From Sedimentisphaerales bacterium (GTDB lineage Bacteria; Planctomycetota; Phycisphaerae; Sedimentisphaerales; Anaerobacaceae), in contig OY970194.1 of the NCBI GenBank assembly GCA_963708075.1, positions 5,120,001 to 5,184,000 of the forward strand: a DNA stretch of 64,000 nt, written 5' to 3'. Made by a program: the position numbers and the translations under genes. The first letter of the stretch is position 1. Every line of letters starts with the position of its first letter. Under the pieces are notes generated by a model. The model was given only the letters and a program-made list of their open reading frames with translations, was not told where the DNA came from and did no database searches. Below, piece after piece: positions 11,995 through 22,233 of the stretch.

Positions 11995-12283
11995 GATCAG
12001 GGGTCGGGGACGGACGGCGGGACGCCGGATTTCGGATTGCGGAGTAGGGAGGAGCGGCTGGATGCCGTGCGATTGCGGATCGGGGGTTCATTTCGGTGGT
12101 TCGTGTCCTTCGCGGCTGAAAAAGACAGAAGAATCGGTGTGTGAAACACACCCTGCCGGCTGTCGCCATTGCCGTGTCCCGGCTCTTTATCTGCGTTCAT
12201 CGGCGGTTGAGAAGCGGTTGCTTGTTGATGGTTGTTCGTTGTTCGTTCGAAACCTTTGCGGTCTTGGCGTGCTTGGCGAGAGG
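11995..12283 (-). repeat. ~300-bp inverted repeat, right copy
   Basis: Reverse complement of 7536..7837, with two fewer 7-mer units and a few substitutions. Confidence 0.9.
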
Positions 12284-12774
12284 CGATCTTTTCTTGTGAA
12301 GAGTCCGCATGGGCTGAAGCCCATCCTACCCTCCGCGGTTCAGAAAAGGATTGGATTCCCGGCCCGGGGCGGAAAGACAGATTGGTTGTGCGAACATACG
12401 TAGTTCACCCCATTGACGCGCCGACTGTTTTGAGGTGTAATGGCCGCGTTACGAGTGCAATAATGATACTAACTCAGATCTTTGAAAGACTGAACTCAAG
12501 GCACTCCGTAACAGGGAGATAGATGGAACGGAGAACGCTACGGATAGCGCCACGGATGGCGCTTGTCTCCCCTCTTCGCCGGCAGAGTCCTTACCCCCCC
12601 CCACAGTGGTCTGACGTCCTCTCTCGCTCTATTGGCCCGGACGGCGGCCCGAGTGATTGCGGAGTGCGGAATGAGGAGCAGTAATCGGTAGCCGGTAGTC
12701 GGTAGTCGGTTGGAAACCTGGATTCCCACCCCCGATCAGGTCGAGGGCAGGCTCTTCGCGGGAATGATATAGAA

Positions 12775-12810
12775 GGGCGGCGGGGCGGGTCAGGAGTTGG
12801 TGGTGAGGGC
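12775..12810 (-). repeat. Duplicated 3' end of mcsB (direct repeat of 13606..13641)
   Basis: GGGCGGCGGGGCGGGTCAGGAGTTGGTGGTGAGGGC vs ...GGTTAGGGC, 35/36 identical. Confidence 0.9.
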
Positions 12811-12855
12811 GTGCCGATTGCGGATTGAGACCGGTTGTCAGTCCCCGGTTGGCGG

Positions 12856-13101
12856 TTAGACGGGGACTTTGGCTTTGTCGTAGAGGAATTCGGGCGCGAA
12901 GTCAGCTCCGTTGGGCCAGGTAATGGTGTGCAGATCGGGGTTGATGACAAAGGTCTTGAAGTAGGCCGGGTCTTTGAGCGGCTCGAAGACCTCGCCGTCC
13001 AATTCGTTGCGAAGATCGACATCGCCCTCGGCGCCGTCGGCGAACCGGACGTGAATCACGTAGTCGCGGACATGCTCGGCTTCGATCACTCTCGGTATCA
13101 T
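12856..13101 (-). CDS. DUF2442 family protein (putative antitoxin partner)
   Basis: MIPRVIEAE..YVIHVRFADG..VFEPLKDPAYF..TITWPNGADFAPEFLY. Confidence 0.85.
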   Translation of the reverse strand: MIPRVIEAEHVRDYVIHVRFADGAEGDVDLRNELDGEVFEPLKDPAYFKTFVINPDLHTITWPNGADFAPEFLYDKAKVPV

Positions 13102-13105
13102 TTTA

Positions 13106-13363
13106 CTACTCCAGCGGCTCGATCTTTTGCAGTGGGCGTCTGGCCTTGGCCCGTTGCCAGTTGTCGAGCAGGTCGTCCTTGTGCAGGTCCAGCCATTCCA
13201 ACACCAGCCGCAAGGCGCGCTTGGGGAACCAACCGTCAACAATGCCTGTTTCGATGTCTACGGTGACTTCATAGTCCGCGTATGTCGCGTGAAAATGCGG
13301 CGGCGCGTGGTCACGGTAGAACATGCCGATCACGATCCCAAGAAACCTGGATATCTCTGGCAT
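13106..13363 (-). CDS. DUF4160 family protein (putative toxin, DhiT-like)
   Basis: MPEISRFLGIVIGMFYRDHAPPHFHA..LVLEWLDLHKDDLLDNW..KIEPLE. Confidence 0.88.
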   Translation of the reverse strand: MPEISRFLGIVIGMFYRDHAPPHFHATYADYEVTVDIETGIVDGWFPKRALRLVLEWLDLHKDDLLDNWQRAKARRPLQKIEPLE

Positions 13364-13620
13364 AACTCAATTTTACACAAGAGTTTAGGTCGATGCAAGC
13401 TCCGGCGGGCGGATTGCGGATCGAGGAGGCAGGGGTCGGGGGTCAGGGGCGGGCGGCGGGACGCCGAATGCGGATTTCGGATTTCGGAATGCGGAGTGAA
13501 AAGGCAGCAAGAAGGTGTGCGGTGCACACCCTACACAGTCTGATCGGCGTTCATCTGCGGCTAAAAGAGACTGGATTCTCGATCAGGTCGGGAATGACAT
13601 CGGAGGGGCGGCGGGGCGGG

Positions 13621-14748
13621 TCAGGAGTTGGTGGTTAGGGCTTCGCGGATGATCTTGGCACGGAGGGCGTCGCGGTGGGCGGCGTCGAGGGACTGGCCGT
13701 AGTTGAGTTGCAGGTGGGCCGGCAGGGTGAGCATGAAGAGTCGGTTGATCGTGCGGATGGACAAGCCGTGCTGGTCGTTGGCCTCGGTGCCGTTACGCAG
13801 GGCGCAGAGACGCTGGATCGCGGGGGTGGAGGCGCCCATGTGGGCGTGCATGTTCAGGCCCAGGCGGAGGTGGCTCAGGAGAAAGAGCGCTTCCTGCGAG
13901 CTGATCAGGTGGGCGTTTTGGAGCAGGGCCATCGCCCGGGAGATTTTGTCGTCGAGGGCGTCGACCTGGCTGGTCAGGAGCTGGCGGCGGGCTTCCTTTT
14001 CGTACTCGACGACTTCGGGGATGATCTCGCCCTCGAAGCGCGAGACGATGGCTTTTTCGCTGATGCCGAGGGTGACCTGGTTGGAGAGCTGGTAGAGGTC
14101 GCTGACGGCTTCGCTGCCCTCGCCGAAGAGGCCGCGGACCGCCAGGCCCATGTCCTTGGCGGCGTTGAGGAACTTTTCGATTTGGCCGGTCAGTTTCAAC
14201 GCCGGCATGTGCAGCATCACCGACACGCGGATCCCCGTGCCCAGGTTCGTCGGGCACGCGGTCAGGTACCCGAACCGCGAGCTGAACGCATAATCAACCT
14301 TCTCCTCGATCAGGTCATCGATGCGGTCGATCTGCTCCGCGCACGCCGCAAGCTGGCACCCCGCCTTGAGCACTTGGATGCGCAGGGCATCCTCTTCGCA
14401 GATCATGGCGGTGAAGGATTCGTGCTTGGCGATGATGGCGCCGCGTGGGCCTTTGGCTTGGGCGAGATGGCGACTGATGAGGTGGCGCTCGACGAGCAGG
14501 TCGCGATGGAGGCTGGAGGCCCTCTCGACATTCACGTAGAAGACCTCGTCGCCGAGGTCCAGCGACATCAGGACGCCCTTGAGCTGGCTGAGGATTTTGG
14601 CCTTCTCCTCGTCCGAGCAGTTGCCCAGGAATCTATGCCCCGCAAGGTTCCTGGCCAGGCGAATCCGCGAGGATACGACGATGTCGGCCAGCGGCCCGCT
14701 GCCACTGAACCATTCGTTGATGTCGGTGCTGATATCGCTCAATCTCAT
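13621..14748 (-). CDS. mcsB: Protein arginine kinase McsB
   Basis: SSRIRLARNL, CEEDALRIQ, GYLTACPTNLGTG, LYQLSNQVTLG; directly downstream of mcsA. Confidence 0.93.
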   Translation of the reverse strand: MRLSDISTDINEWFSGSGPLADIVVSSRIRLARNLAGHRFLGNCSDEEKAKILSQLKGVLMSLDLGDEVFYVNVERASSLHRDLLVERHLISRHLAQAKGPRGAIIAKHESFTAMICEEDALRIQVLKAGCQLAACAEQIDRIDDLIEEKVDYAFSSRFGYLTACPTNLGTGIRVSVMLHMPALKLTGQIEKFLNAAKDMGLAVRGLFGEGSEAVSDLYQLSNQVTLGISEKAIVSRFEGEIIPEVVEYEKEARRQLLTSQVDALDDKISRAMALLQNAHLISSQEALFLLSHLRLGLNMHAHMGASTPAIQRLCALRNGTEANDQHGLSIRTINRLFMLTLPAHLQLNYGQSLDAAHRDALRAKIIREALTTNS

Positions 14749-14786
14749 CGTAATCGCCTATGACTACCCCCGGCGTCGCGCCCGGT

Positions 14787-15281
14787 CTATTCCATCTTCT
14801 TGATCTCGTCGCGGAGCTTGGCCGCAAGCTCGTAATCCTCGTTCCGCACCGCCACGTCCAACTGCCGCCGCAGGTTCGTCAGTTCCACGAGCCGCCTGGT
14901 CGCCTGGGGCGTCTTCGACGGCACCTTGCCCGTATGCGTCGTATTGCCCCCATGGGCCCGCTCGATCAGCGGCAGCAACGCCGCCTCGAACACCTCATAA
15001 TCATCCGGGCACCCCAGCATCCCCTCCTTGCGGAGCCGCGCCAGGCTGAACCCGCAGTTCGGGCACACCGTCTGCTGGTCCGACGGCCCGAAGATCTCGT
15101 CATCCCCCGGCTGCGACGCCAGCAGATGGCTCAGCAGCTCATTGATCGACATCTGGCTCTGTGCGGCGATCCCCTGATCCGCGGCACATTGCTCGCAGAT
15201 ATGCATCTCCGTCCGCACCCCCTCGCTGATCTCCGTCAGATGGATTGTCGCTGTCCGCTTATTGCATATCTGGCACTGCAT
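14787..15281 (-). CDS. mcsA: McsA (CxxC motifs + UvrB/C motif), McsB activator
   Basis: MQCQIC..HICEQCA..CPNCG..GCPDDY..HTGKVP..EDYELAAKLRDEI. Confidence 0.92.
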   Translation of the reverse strand: MQCQICNKRTATIHLTEISEGVRTEMHICEQCAADQGIAAQSQMSINELLSHLLASQPGDDEIFGPSDQQTVCPNCGFSLARLRKEGMLGCPDDYEVFEAALLPLIERAHGGNTTHTGKVPSKTPQATRRLVELTNLRRQLDVAVRNEDYELAAKLRDEIKKME

Positions 15282-15469
15282 AAATCCCGTCGAATTCGCT
15301 CCTGCGTTCACACTATCTCGATCCGGCGGTTTCCCGGACCACAACGGATACGTCCCGGCCCGCCCTGCGTTCGGCATTATACCACGCCCACACGTCCTTC
15401 ATCGGCAAATTCCCCCCCGGCAATCAACCCCCGTCGGAGGAAATCACCTTCCCTGCCATCCCCGCCCGT

Positions 15470-16230
15470 GGATACAGGCGAATGATCATTCGCCCCTACA
15501 TCCATTTACCTGCCCATTATACGCCCCGCCCCGCAATCCGCAACCCGCAATCGGCCCGATCCCTGATCCCCGACCCTGACCCCTGCCTCTTCATTCCGCA
15601 ATCAGGTCATTGCGAGCGAAGCGCGGCAATCTCCATCTTCCGACCGGAGATTTCGCAGGTTCAAGTAGGCTCTCAACCGGGAAACTACCAACCGAGAATC
15701 GCCAACTGGTCTTATTCCGCACTCCGAAATCCGCATTCCGCATTCCAACGGTCCTGCCGCCCCCCAAATCATCAATCGTACATCATCAATCATCCATCCC
15801 TTGGCCCCTGACACCTGCTCCTCATTCCGCAATCCGGTGCCCCCGCCGTCGTGCCTCGAAAGCCGAAATTGCCCAATCCGCCGTCTCATTAGACGCGGAC
15901 GGCACCGATTCTTGCAGGGTGTGCACGGCACACCGACGCCTCTATCAACACCTGTCCTGCCACAGAGACCACCGAGGACACCGAGAACCTGAGAGAGCAT
16001 GTAGGATGGGCTTTAGCCCATGCGGACTCTTGTTCGACGCGGATTCCACGGATTCACACGCATTCTCGTAGGGTGGGGCTCGCCCCACCGTCCTCCCATG
16101 CCATTTCCGCGAACGCGGTAGGGGCGAATCATCATTCGCCCGCACATCTTCACCACGAAGAGCCTGCCCTCGACCTGATCGGGGGACACGAAGAGCCCAG
16201 CGCGGCCTTCAGCCGCAACCAAAAAATGTG
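15470..16230. repeat. Mosaic repeat tract (7-mer TCCGCA[A/C/T] runs, GTAG-REPs, GTCATTGCGAG palindrome, 9-mer runs)
   Basis: e.g. TTCCGCACTCCGAAATCCGCATTCCGCATTCC ~15716, GTAGGATGGGCTTTAGCCCAT ~16001, GTAGGGGCGAATCATCATTCGCCC ~16118 (also ~8794); no credible ORF. Confidence 0.75.
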
Positions 16231-16351
16231 CTCGCACAAAGGCACCAGGACACGAAGAAGGACAGATGTGGGAATGGCTGCTGGGATGAGCAGTAGAGAT
16301 GTGGCTGCGGCTGCGTGTCAGCCGTGCTCAATGCAGATGCATCCGGCCAAC

Positions 16352-16840
16352 TCAGACGGAGGCTGCATCGTCAACGTCTTCCACCAACATGCAGGGCAGG
16401 GGATCTTCTCCCGTCTGCTTTCGCCACTCCACGATCGTGTGGAGTACAATAGATGCGGCTCTGACTCTTCTGTCCGTATCGTGTTCTCCCGCCAGCGCAA
16501 AACGCCCCAGTTCCATTTCCAACTGTGACCCGTCTTCTCTCGACCCAATGTCCTTGGCCATCCTGTAGCGGTCCACCAACAACTCAAGGAAAGCCGAAAT
16601 GGCCTCCGGCTTGATGTCGCCGTTCATGTTGTGCTGATAGATCCCAACGTACAAACGCAATACCTCCGTTAAGCCGAGCCGGTTCTCAGAGTGCTCCGCC
16701 CAGGGCAGAAAAGGCAGGCAGGCGAAATGCAACCAGAAGGCTTCCATCTTGGTGTATCCGACCGCCTGAAGTTGCGCACTGTGAGATCGGTAGAGCAGAT
16801 ACAGCGAGCTTAACGTTTGAACTTGTTGCTCTCGGCTCAT
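16352..16840 (-). CDS. Hypothetical protein
   Basis: 162-aa ORF with helical, protein-like composition; no recognisable motif. Confidence 0.5.
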   Translation of the reverse strand: MSREQQVQTLSSLYLLYRSHSAQLQAVGYTKMEAFWLHFACLPFLPWAEHSENRLGLTEVLRLYVGIYQHNMNGDIKPEAISAFLELLVDRYRMAKDIGSREDGSQLEMELGRFALAGEHDTDRRVRAASIVLHTIVEWRKQTGEDPLPCMLVEDVDDAASV

Positions 16841-17299
16841 GTTCTCACGCCAAACAGCATGTCTTTCGGTTGCCAACCGGTGATGCGCTTGCCCCGTATG
16901 GCACTATGGTCCTTCTCCCTTCAAGTGCCTTCATGGCCTTCCCATGTAACGCGGTTTCTGAGGTTCTCGGAAGAAAATCTGCGCCCCGGCCGGACGCCAT
17001 CCTGGGTAGCCACGGTTGGCGGTTCGCCTGTCCCTTCGCCCCATGCTTTAGCAGGAGGTCGGCGACAGAGCGGCGTAGATGCATTGGAGTGGACGTATAT
17101 CGATGTCCGCCCGGGACGAGCGGCTGAGCCATGGCCGAGGCTGGGATTCACCTATTCCTTTGCCACGGACGTGTGTAGCAACCGGAGGACCGTTGGGTGG
17201 TTGTAGATGTGAACACAGGGATGGTCCTCCCGGTCGTCCCTTAACATAGTCAGCGACAGTCACCGACTACTTGCGCCAATAATAGGTGACTGTCCCTAG

Positions 17300-17540
17300 T
17301 ATCCGTTCGACAAAGGCCCCGAAGTCCTTCAACCGCACGCCCACGTGGGAGAGATAACTCATCATGCCTCCGACATTGGCCAGGATGCGCTGCATGCCCC
17401 GAATCCGCACGCGATCCCAGCCGCTGAGAACCCCCCGTGACATCCTTGTGATACTTCTGTATAGAAGCCTCCATGGCGTTGCTCCTTTGGAACGATACTG
17501 TTCGGCAAAAGCAATACCGTACCCCAAAGCGCAACGCCTT
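17300..17540 (-). pseudogene. Frameshifted N-terminal fragment of a probable IS-encoded protein
   Basis: MEASIQKYHKDVTG/VLSGWDRVRIRG..YLSHVGVRLKDFGAF resembles, from memory, the start of a widespread mobile-element protein; cut off at the palindrome GACAGTCACC..GGTGACTGTC (~17255..17295). Confidence 0.4.
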
Positions 17541-17965
17541 TCACCTATTTTGGTTGCGGCCGAGCGTAGCAAGGCCGCGCTGGGTCCTTCGTGCCCTTCG
17601 TGGTTAAAGAATTCGGGACAGGTCAAGGGCCGAACGCCATGCACGCTCCGGCATTTTGCAGATTCATGCATATTCGGCCCTCGGAAATGCAGGACTTGCC
17701 TGCACAATTAGGTGTTTCCACGAATAGATATGTGCGACCGGGGCGTGGTAGAATTCTCCCGGCTTTTCGGTCGAGCACGGAGGTTCGGCCTGTGTCACGG
17801 AGGATGGGTCACGCTCTAGTGTCGGTACGGAGAGGGTCTTTCGATAACAAATAGTGGTCGGCCGGACCTTGTCGGTCCCTTTGCGCCCGCCGTCATGGCT
17901 TCATCGTTTGATGTCCGTCGGTCATGAGCAGAAACGGTCTATCATCCAGGGAAAGGAGAACAGAG

Positions 17966-18742
17966 ATGAACACTCGAATGGTGATAATTGCATTGGCGCT
18001 TGCCATAACAGGAGCGCCTGTGGCTGTGCCGGCCTATGGGGCCGTGACGGTGGTCTCGCAGTACTACAGGGCGTGGGGCGGGGCCTACGGCGGAATATGG
18101 GACGACACCTCCCCTTTCCGTACGCCGCTGGCTTCTTTCCAGCAAAGCTACTCCAGTGAATCTCATGCACTACCTGTGTCCGGCTACTGTGAAGTGCCTT
18201 GGACTTTGGGCGACCTCAATGGCTATATCGGCGCCGGCAGCGAAGCAGGCATGTTTCGCGTCAGATCATATACCACGGGGGACGGTTCGTACCGGCAGGA
18301 CGGCATCGCGTCACATTCACACGCTGAGTCCCGGGTGGCCTTCCAACCAGACGCGCGTGAATTGGAACTCGTACTGACGGCGCTTCCTGTGGACGCATGG
18401 GTCTGGTGGCTCAACCCGCCCTTCGAGGGTTTTGGCTTCGTCCTAACCGATCTCACCACGAATGTGCCGATCGCATCAGAAGCGTGGGTCGAGGCGAGGA
18501 ACATGTTGCTCTGGGAAGAATGGATGGGCGACGACTTCACGCAAGGGTTCAAAGGCAGATACGCGGTTGACGTGAGCCATACGTATGAGTTGCTGCTCTG
18601 GGCCGGGGTCGTGGACTCGATGGACGATGATTGTGGTTACGATGTCACGCTACTGGCCGAGATGCATTGCATCCCCGCCCCAGGCGGCCTCTTGCTCGCC
18701 ACCATCGGCGCCGGGTTTGTGGGCTGGTTGCGGAGACGATGA
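17966..18742 (+). CDS. Secreted protein with PEP-CTERM-like (IPAPG) sorting tail
   Basis: Signal peptide; C-terminus IPAPGGLLLATIGAGFVGWLRRR; AAGGAG RBS. Confidence 0.85.
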   Translation: MNTRMVIIALALAITGAPVAVPAYGAVTVVSQYYRAWGGAYGGIWDDTSPFRTPLASFQQSYSSESHALPVSGYCEVPWTLGDLNGYIGAGSEAGMFRVRSYTTGDGSYRQDGIASHSHAESRVAFQPDARELELVLTALPVDAWVWWLNPPFEGFGFVLTDLTTNVPIASEAWVEARNMLLWEEWMGDDFTQGFKGRYAVDVSHTYELLLWAGVVDSMDDDCGYDVTLLAEMHCIPAPGGLLLATIGAGFVGWLRRR

Positions 18743-18801
18743 GTCTCGCACGTGGAGGACGGCCACGGCCTAGGTCGTAGCCAACAGAAAGGAGAAGGTG
18801 T

Positions 18802-19506
18802 ATGAGAAGAATGGTCATTGTTTTTGGCATTGCATTGTCCACGGCCTTGGCAGTTGCCAGGCCGTCGCTGGCCGCGGTCACCATCCTCAGCGGAGAACAA
18901 CACATCTGGGGCGCGGCGGAATGCACCTACTACGTCGGGGATCCGCCGGGCGTGCCTGTCACAGAGCACGATTCGTACGATTCCGGGGTAGTCCCCTGGG
19001 ACGGTTCATTCCTGTCGGACATAGCGCACGTTGACCCGCACGTCTACGGCCACAGTTGTATCGGCGGCCTCTATGCGTATGTGGAAAGCGATGCCTGGTC
19101 GCCGGACCTGGACTACGCCGGGGCCAGGGCGACCGCCGAGGGCACCTGGACCTTCCGGCCGGGTGGAGACAGGCTCATCCTGGCGACGGAGTTCTTCCTG
19201 TGGAATTACCAGTTGGATCACTTGCTCATCGCTGTGACGGATCTGACGTCCGCCGATCAACTCTATTATCTTCGGGATCAGCCTCCGATGAACTCGATCG
19301 ATGGCCAGCGACTCGAAGAGGTGCTCTCGGTCGACCCCACGCATGAGTACCGCCTGGATGTGTACCTGCATTCGGGCGCCAACGACGATGGGCCGTGGTA
19401 CGGCTTGATCCAAGTGCTGGACCCCGTTCCCGCCCCCGGCGCCGGGCTGCTCGGGATGCTCGGCATGGGCCTTCTTGGCTGGCTCCGCAGACGCAAAACC
19501 CTGTAG
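18802..19506 (+). CDS. Secreted protein with PEP-CTERM-like (VPAPG) sorting tail
   Basis: Signal peptide; C-terminus VPAPGAGLLGMLGMGLLGWLRRRKTL. Confidence 0.87.
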   Translation: MRRMVIVFGIALSTALAVARPSLAAVTILSGEQHIWGAAECTYYVGDPPGVPVTEHDSYDSGVVPWDGSFLSDIAHVDPHVYGHSCIGGLYAYVESDAWSPDLDYAGARATAEGTWTFRPGGDRLILATEFFLWNYQLDHLLIAVTDLTSADQLYYLRDQPPMNSIDGQRLEEVLSVDPTHEYRLDVYLHSGANDDGPWYGLIQVLDPVPAPGAGLLGMLGMGLLGWLRRRKTL

Positions 19507-19553
19507 CCGAATCACGCCAACATGGCAGTGGTGAAAAGGGGTCAGGGAAAAGG

Positions 19554-19628
19554 GAAAAGGGGTCAGGCTTTGGGTATTGGCGCGGAAGAATAGGGTCGGC
19601 ACCTACATCCAAAGCCTGACCCCTTTTC
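19554..19628. repeat. 75-bp element with 20-bp terminal inverted repeats
   Basis: GAAAAGGGGTCAGGCTTTGG ... CCAAAGCCTGACCCCTTTTC, preceded by a partial extra copy of the left arm. Confidence 0.8.
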
Positions 19629-19731
19629 TCTTTCTGTTCCGGCGACTCTTCAAGGACCACTTGAATGGCACCTAGCCTTCACCTCTGTCAAGTTAGCAGA
19701 ACGCCCCTCTGAGATTGCTGACTACAACGGG

Positions 19732-21612
19732 TTGAAACGCCTCATAGACATTTCACACGATGCTCACTACATGATCACTCTCACTTTCAAGGAGGGTTTC
19801 ATGAAAGGATTCGCATGTGAGAAGAATGTCGCAGAAAGGTCTATTGTCTGGGCAATGATCAGGGGGGTCTCTTTGGTGAGTGAGCAAGCGGTGACTGAAG
19901 ATCAGGTCGAGCACGTGGTTGATTCAATAGTCACTGATGAGGATGCAAAGAGCTTCCATGCCCTGAGGGCTGCCACGTTTCTCCATTATGTCGCTGAGTC
20001 CCTGCCGAAGCCCATTGTGATTGATGGATGGGATGACGCTTCCTTGCGAATAGGACTTGGATGGTTGGGTAGGTCACGAGATGCTGGTTCGGATATCGTC
20101 GGGATTGATGACTGTACCACGTATATCAAGCAACTGCTGGATCGTCTGTGGGCTGACATCAAGAAGCTCCTTTCTACACTCGACCGGGAGAAACTCGTCG
20201 AGAAGCTGATTCTGAATATAGAGGCAGCACGTGTCGAACGAAACCAGTGGAAGAATACGATCAGGGCTTGCCTTGCTCAACATGTTGACAAAGAAGACGT
20301 ATTCCAGGCGGCGACAACCAAGCAGTATTCTCTAAATGCGGCGATGCTTGGATCCCGGATTGTGATTGAAATGGCACTATGCGAGTGTCCGCTGACTGAC
20401 GGGGCAAGTCCTGGAGAGATTGAAGTTGCCCGGCTCCTCGCATACGCCTCTCTCATGTATCATATGGGTGGATATTCTGACGCAATCAGATATGAGGCCA
20501 TGCCGGCAAAGATCAGGGTATCTCATTTCGGCGATGTCATGATGGACCACTCATTCACAGACACGGTACTCCATAGGTTTGGCACCGAGATCCAGAAACG
20601 GACACTGCGATCTGCGGCGCAGAAATATGGCGACTTGTTTCGGGAGCCGGAAGGCGTGGCATGCGTCGGCGACCTGTTTGTGACCGAATTCAATGACGCA
20701 TGGTTGGATGAGTATGGGTTTACCATTGATCAGTGCAGGGCGTATATTGATCATCTTGAAGATTTAGCCTTGAAAGAGAATACCCCTGTCGTGCGCCTTC
20801 ATTCCCATGATCTCCTGGACCTGGGGAGTGACGACATTGGTCTATCGCGTGAGACGATGAAAGCGATAGTGGATGCGCTTAGGCTCTGGCCGAGAGACAC
20901 GTGGCCGTCCGCACCGGATGGCTTTTCAGACAGAGATTGGCAGCCCTGGAAATTTCGACGGCGACTGTCTGTGGTGGAAAGACCCTTCGTACAATTGGAT
21001 AATGGGGATGATCCATTGTTCCTTGTAGCCCCGGACTTGATCAGGGAGGGATTTGCCTATGTACTCCGATGTTCGTATGAGGCTACTTACGAGGAGAGGC
21101 GATTCAAATCTCACAAGATGCGGAAATGGATTGGCACTCGAAGAAACGCCGCCGGCCATGATTTCAACGAGAAAGTGGCAGAGCGTCTCCGTACGTTGGG
21201 CTGGATGGCACGATCAAACGTCAAGTTGACTGAAATACTGAACACCAAATTAGATCGGAACTACGGCGATGTCGATGTGCTGGCGTGGAACAAGAAGCTC
21301 AATCGTGTCATGGCCATCGAATGTAAAGACCTGGGATCAGCAAAAACGCATGGAGAGATTGCCTCACAACTCCAACAGTTTCGGGGACGCGACACCGACA
21401 AAGGCAAACCAGACAGACTGAAGAAGCATCTCGATAGACTGGAGGTGCTTCAATCCAAGCGAGAAGCAGTCGCTAGGTATGTTGGATGGGGACGGCTCTT
21501 GAGCATCGAAGGGCACCTCGTATTTGAGAACTTGGTCCCGGTCATTTTCTCCCTGGATGACACTCTGGCGAAAGTAAAGATCACCGAATACGACTTCCTG
21601 GACTCAATCTGA
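19732..21612 (+). CDS. Probably 5'-truncated large protein with C-terminal PD-(D/E)xK (NERD-like) nuclease domain
   Basis: GHDFNEKV..GDVDVLAW..MAIECKDL nuclease-like motif; visibly more AT-rich than neighbours; no convincing start or RBS. Confidence 0.6.
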   Translation: MKRLIDISHDAHYMITLTFKEGFMKGFACEKNVAERSIVWAMIRGVSLVSEQAVTEDQVEHVVDSIVTDEDAKSFHALRAATFLHYVAESLPKPIVIDGWDDASLRIGLGWLGRSRDAGSDIVGIDDCTTYIKQLLDRLWADIKKLLSTLDREKLVEKLILNIEAARVERNQWKNTIRACLAQHVDKEDVFQAATTKQYSLNAAMLGSRIVIEMALCECPLTDGASPGEIEVARLLAYASLMYHMGGYSDAIRYEAMPAKIRVSHFGDVMMDHSFTDTVLHRFGTEIQKRTLRSAAQKYGDLFREPEGVACVGDLFVTEFNDAWLDEYGFTIDQCRAYIDHLEDLALKENTPVVRLHSHDLLDLGSDDIGLSRETMKAIVDALRLWPRDTWPSAPDGFSDRDWQPWKFRRRLSVVERPFVQLDNGDDPLFLVAPDLIREGFAYVLRCSYEATYEERRFKSHKMRKWIGTRRNAAGHDFNEKVAERLRTLGWMARSNVKLTEILNTKLDRNYGDVDVLAWNKKLNRVMAIECKDLGSAKTHGEIASQLQQFRGRDTDKGKPDRLKKHLDRLEVLQSKREAVARYVGWGRLLSIEGHLVFENLVPVIFSLDDTLAKVKITEYDFLDSI

Positions 21613-21907
21613 GGGAAGAGGAGAGTCAGGTCAGGGGGTGGGGACGGGGCCGCATCTTTGATTATATAATTATTTGGGGAGAAGCGGCCGCGTAGTAAGA
21701 GGGCCAGCCCTCAAATTAACAATTAAGGCCTTGCGGAGCCAGTCGCGGGCGGGGAATGATGGGGACATTCTACTTCTCTCGGAGCCGGATGGCTTGAATT
21801 CGGAACGAGGAACCGAGAAGCGATACGTGACAAGGGACAAAGGGGGAGGACGGCGGAGCCCTCGGGAATACGGAGTGCGGATCGGTAGTCGGTTGCCGGT
21901 TGAAGCC

Positions 21908-22233
21908 CTGGATTCCCGCTTTCGCGGGAATGACATTGAACCCGCATGGGCTGAAGCCCATCCTACATCCTGGTTGTTCGTTGGAACCCTCTGCGGCCCT
22001 TGGCGGCCTCTGCGGTTAAACGATAGACTGCCGCGCTGCGCTCGCAATGACATGCATAATGCAGTTTTCGCGTGGTTCGCGTCCCCGGATCAGAGCCTGC
22101 CCTCGACTTGATCGAGGGTCGAGGGCAAGATTTCGCGGTTTCCATATCGGCGTTCATCTGCGGTTGCATCTTCTCCGTGTCCTCTGCGTCTCCGTGGTGA
22201 AAGAACCTGGATTCCCGCCTTCGCGGGAATGAC
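21908..22233. repeat. dRS3-like palindromes CTGGATTCCCG-N-CGGGAATGAC plus REP/9-mer mosaic
   Basis: Copies at 21908..21934 and 22207..22233; also 49460..49486, with variants at ~12718 and ~13571. Confidence 0.8.

Noticed and set aside
12413..12685. TTGACG-17-TGTAAT promoter and short ORF MERRTLRIAP..
   Set aside because: ORF is short, runs into repeats and has no recognisable motif; at most a gene remnant.
16845..17132. Ankyrin-like remnant (TPMHL..VADLLLKHGAK)
   Set aside because: Only about one partial repeat, too short to support a call.
19554..21665. Integron cassette array
   Set aside because: No intI gene and no RYYYAAC..GTTRRRY attC structure at the cargo ends.
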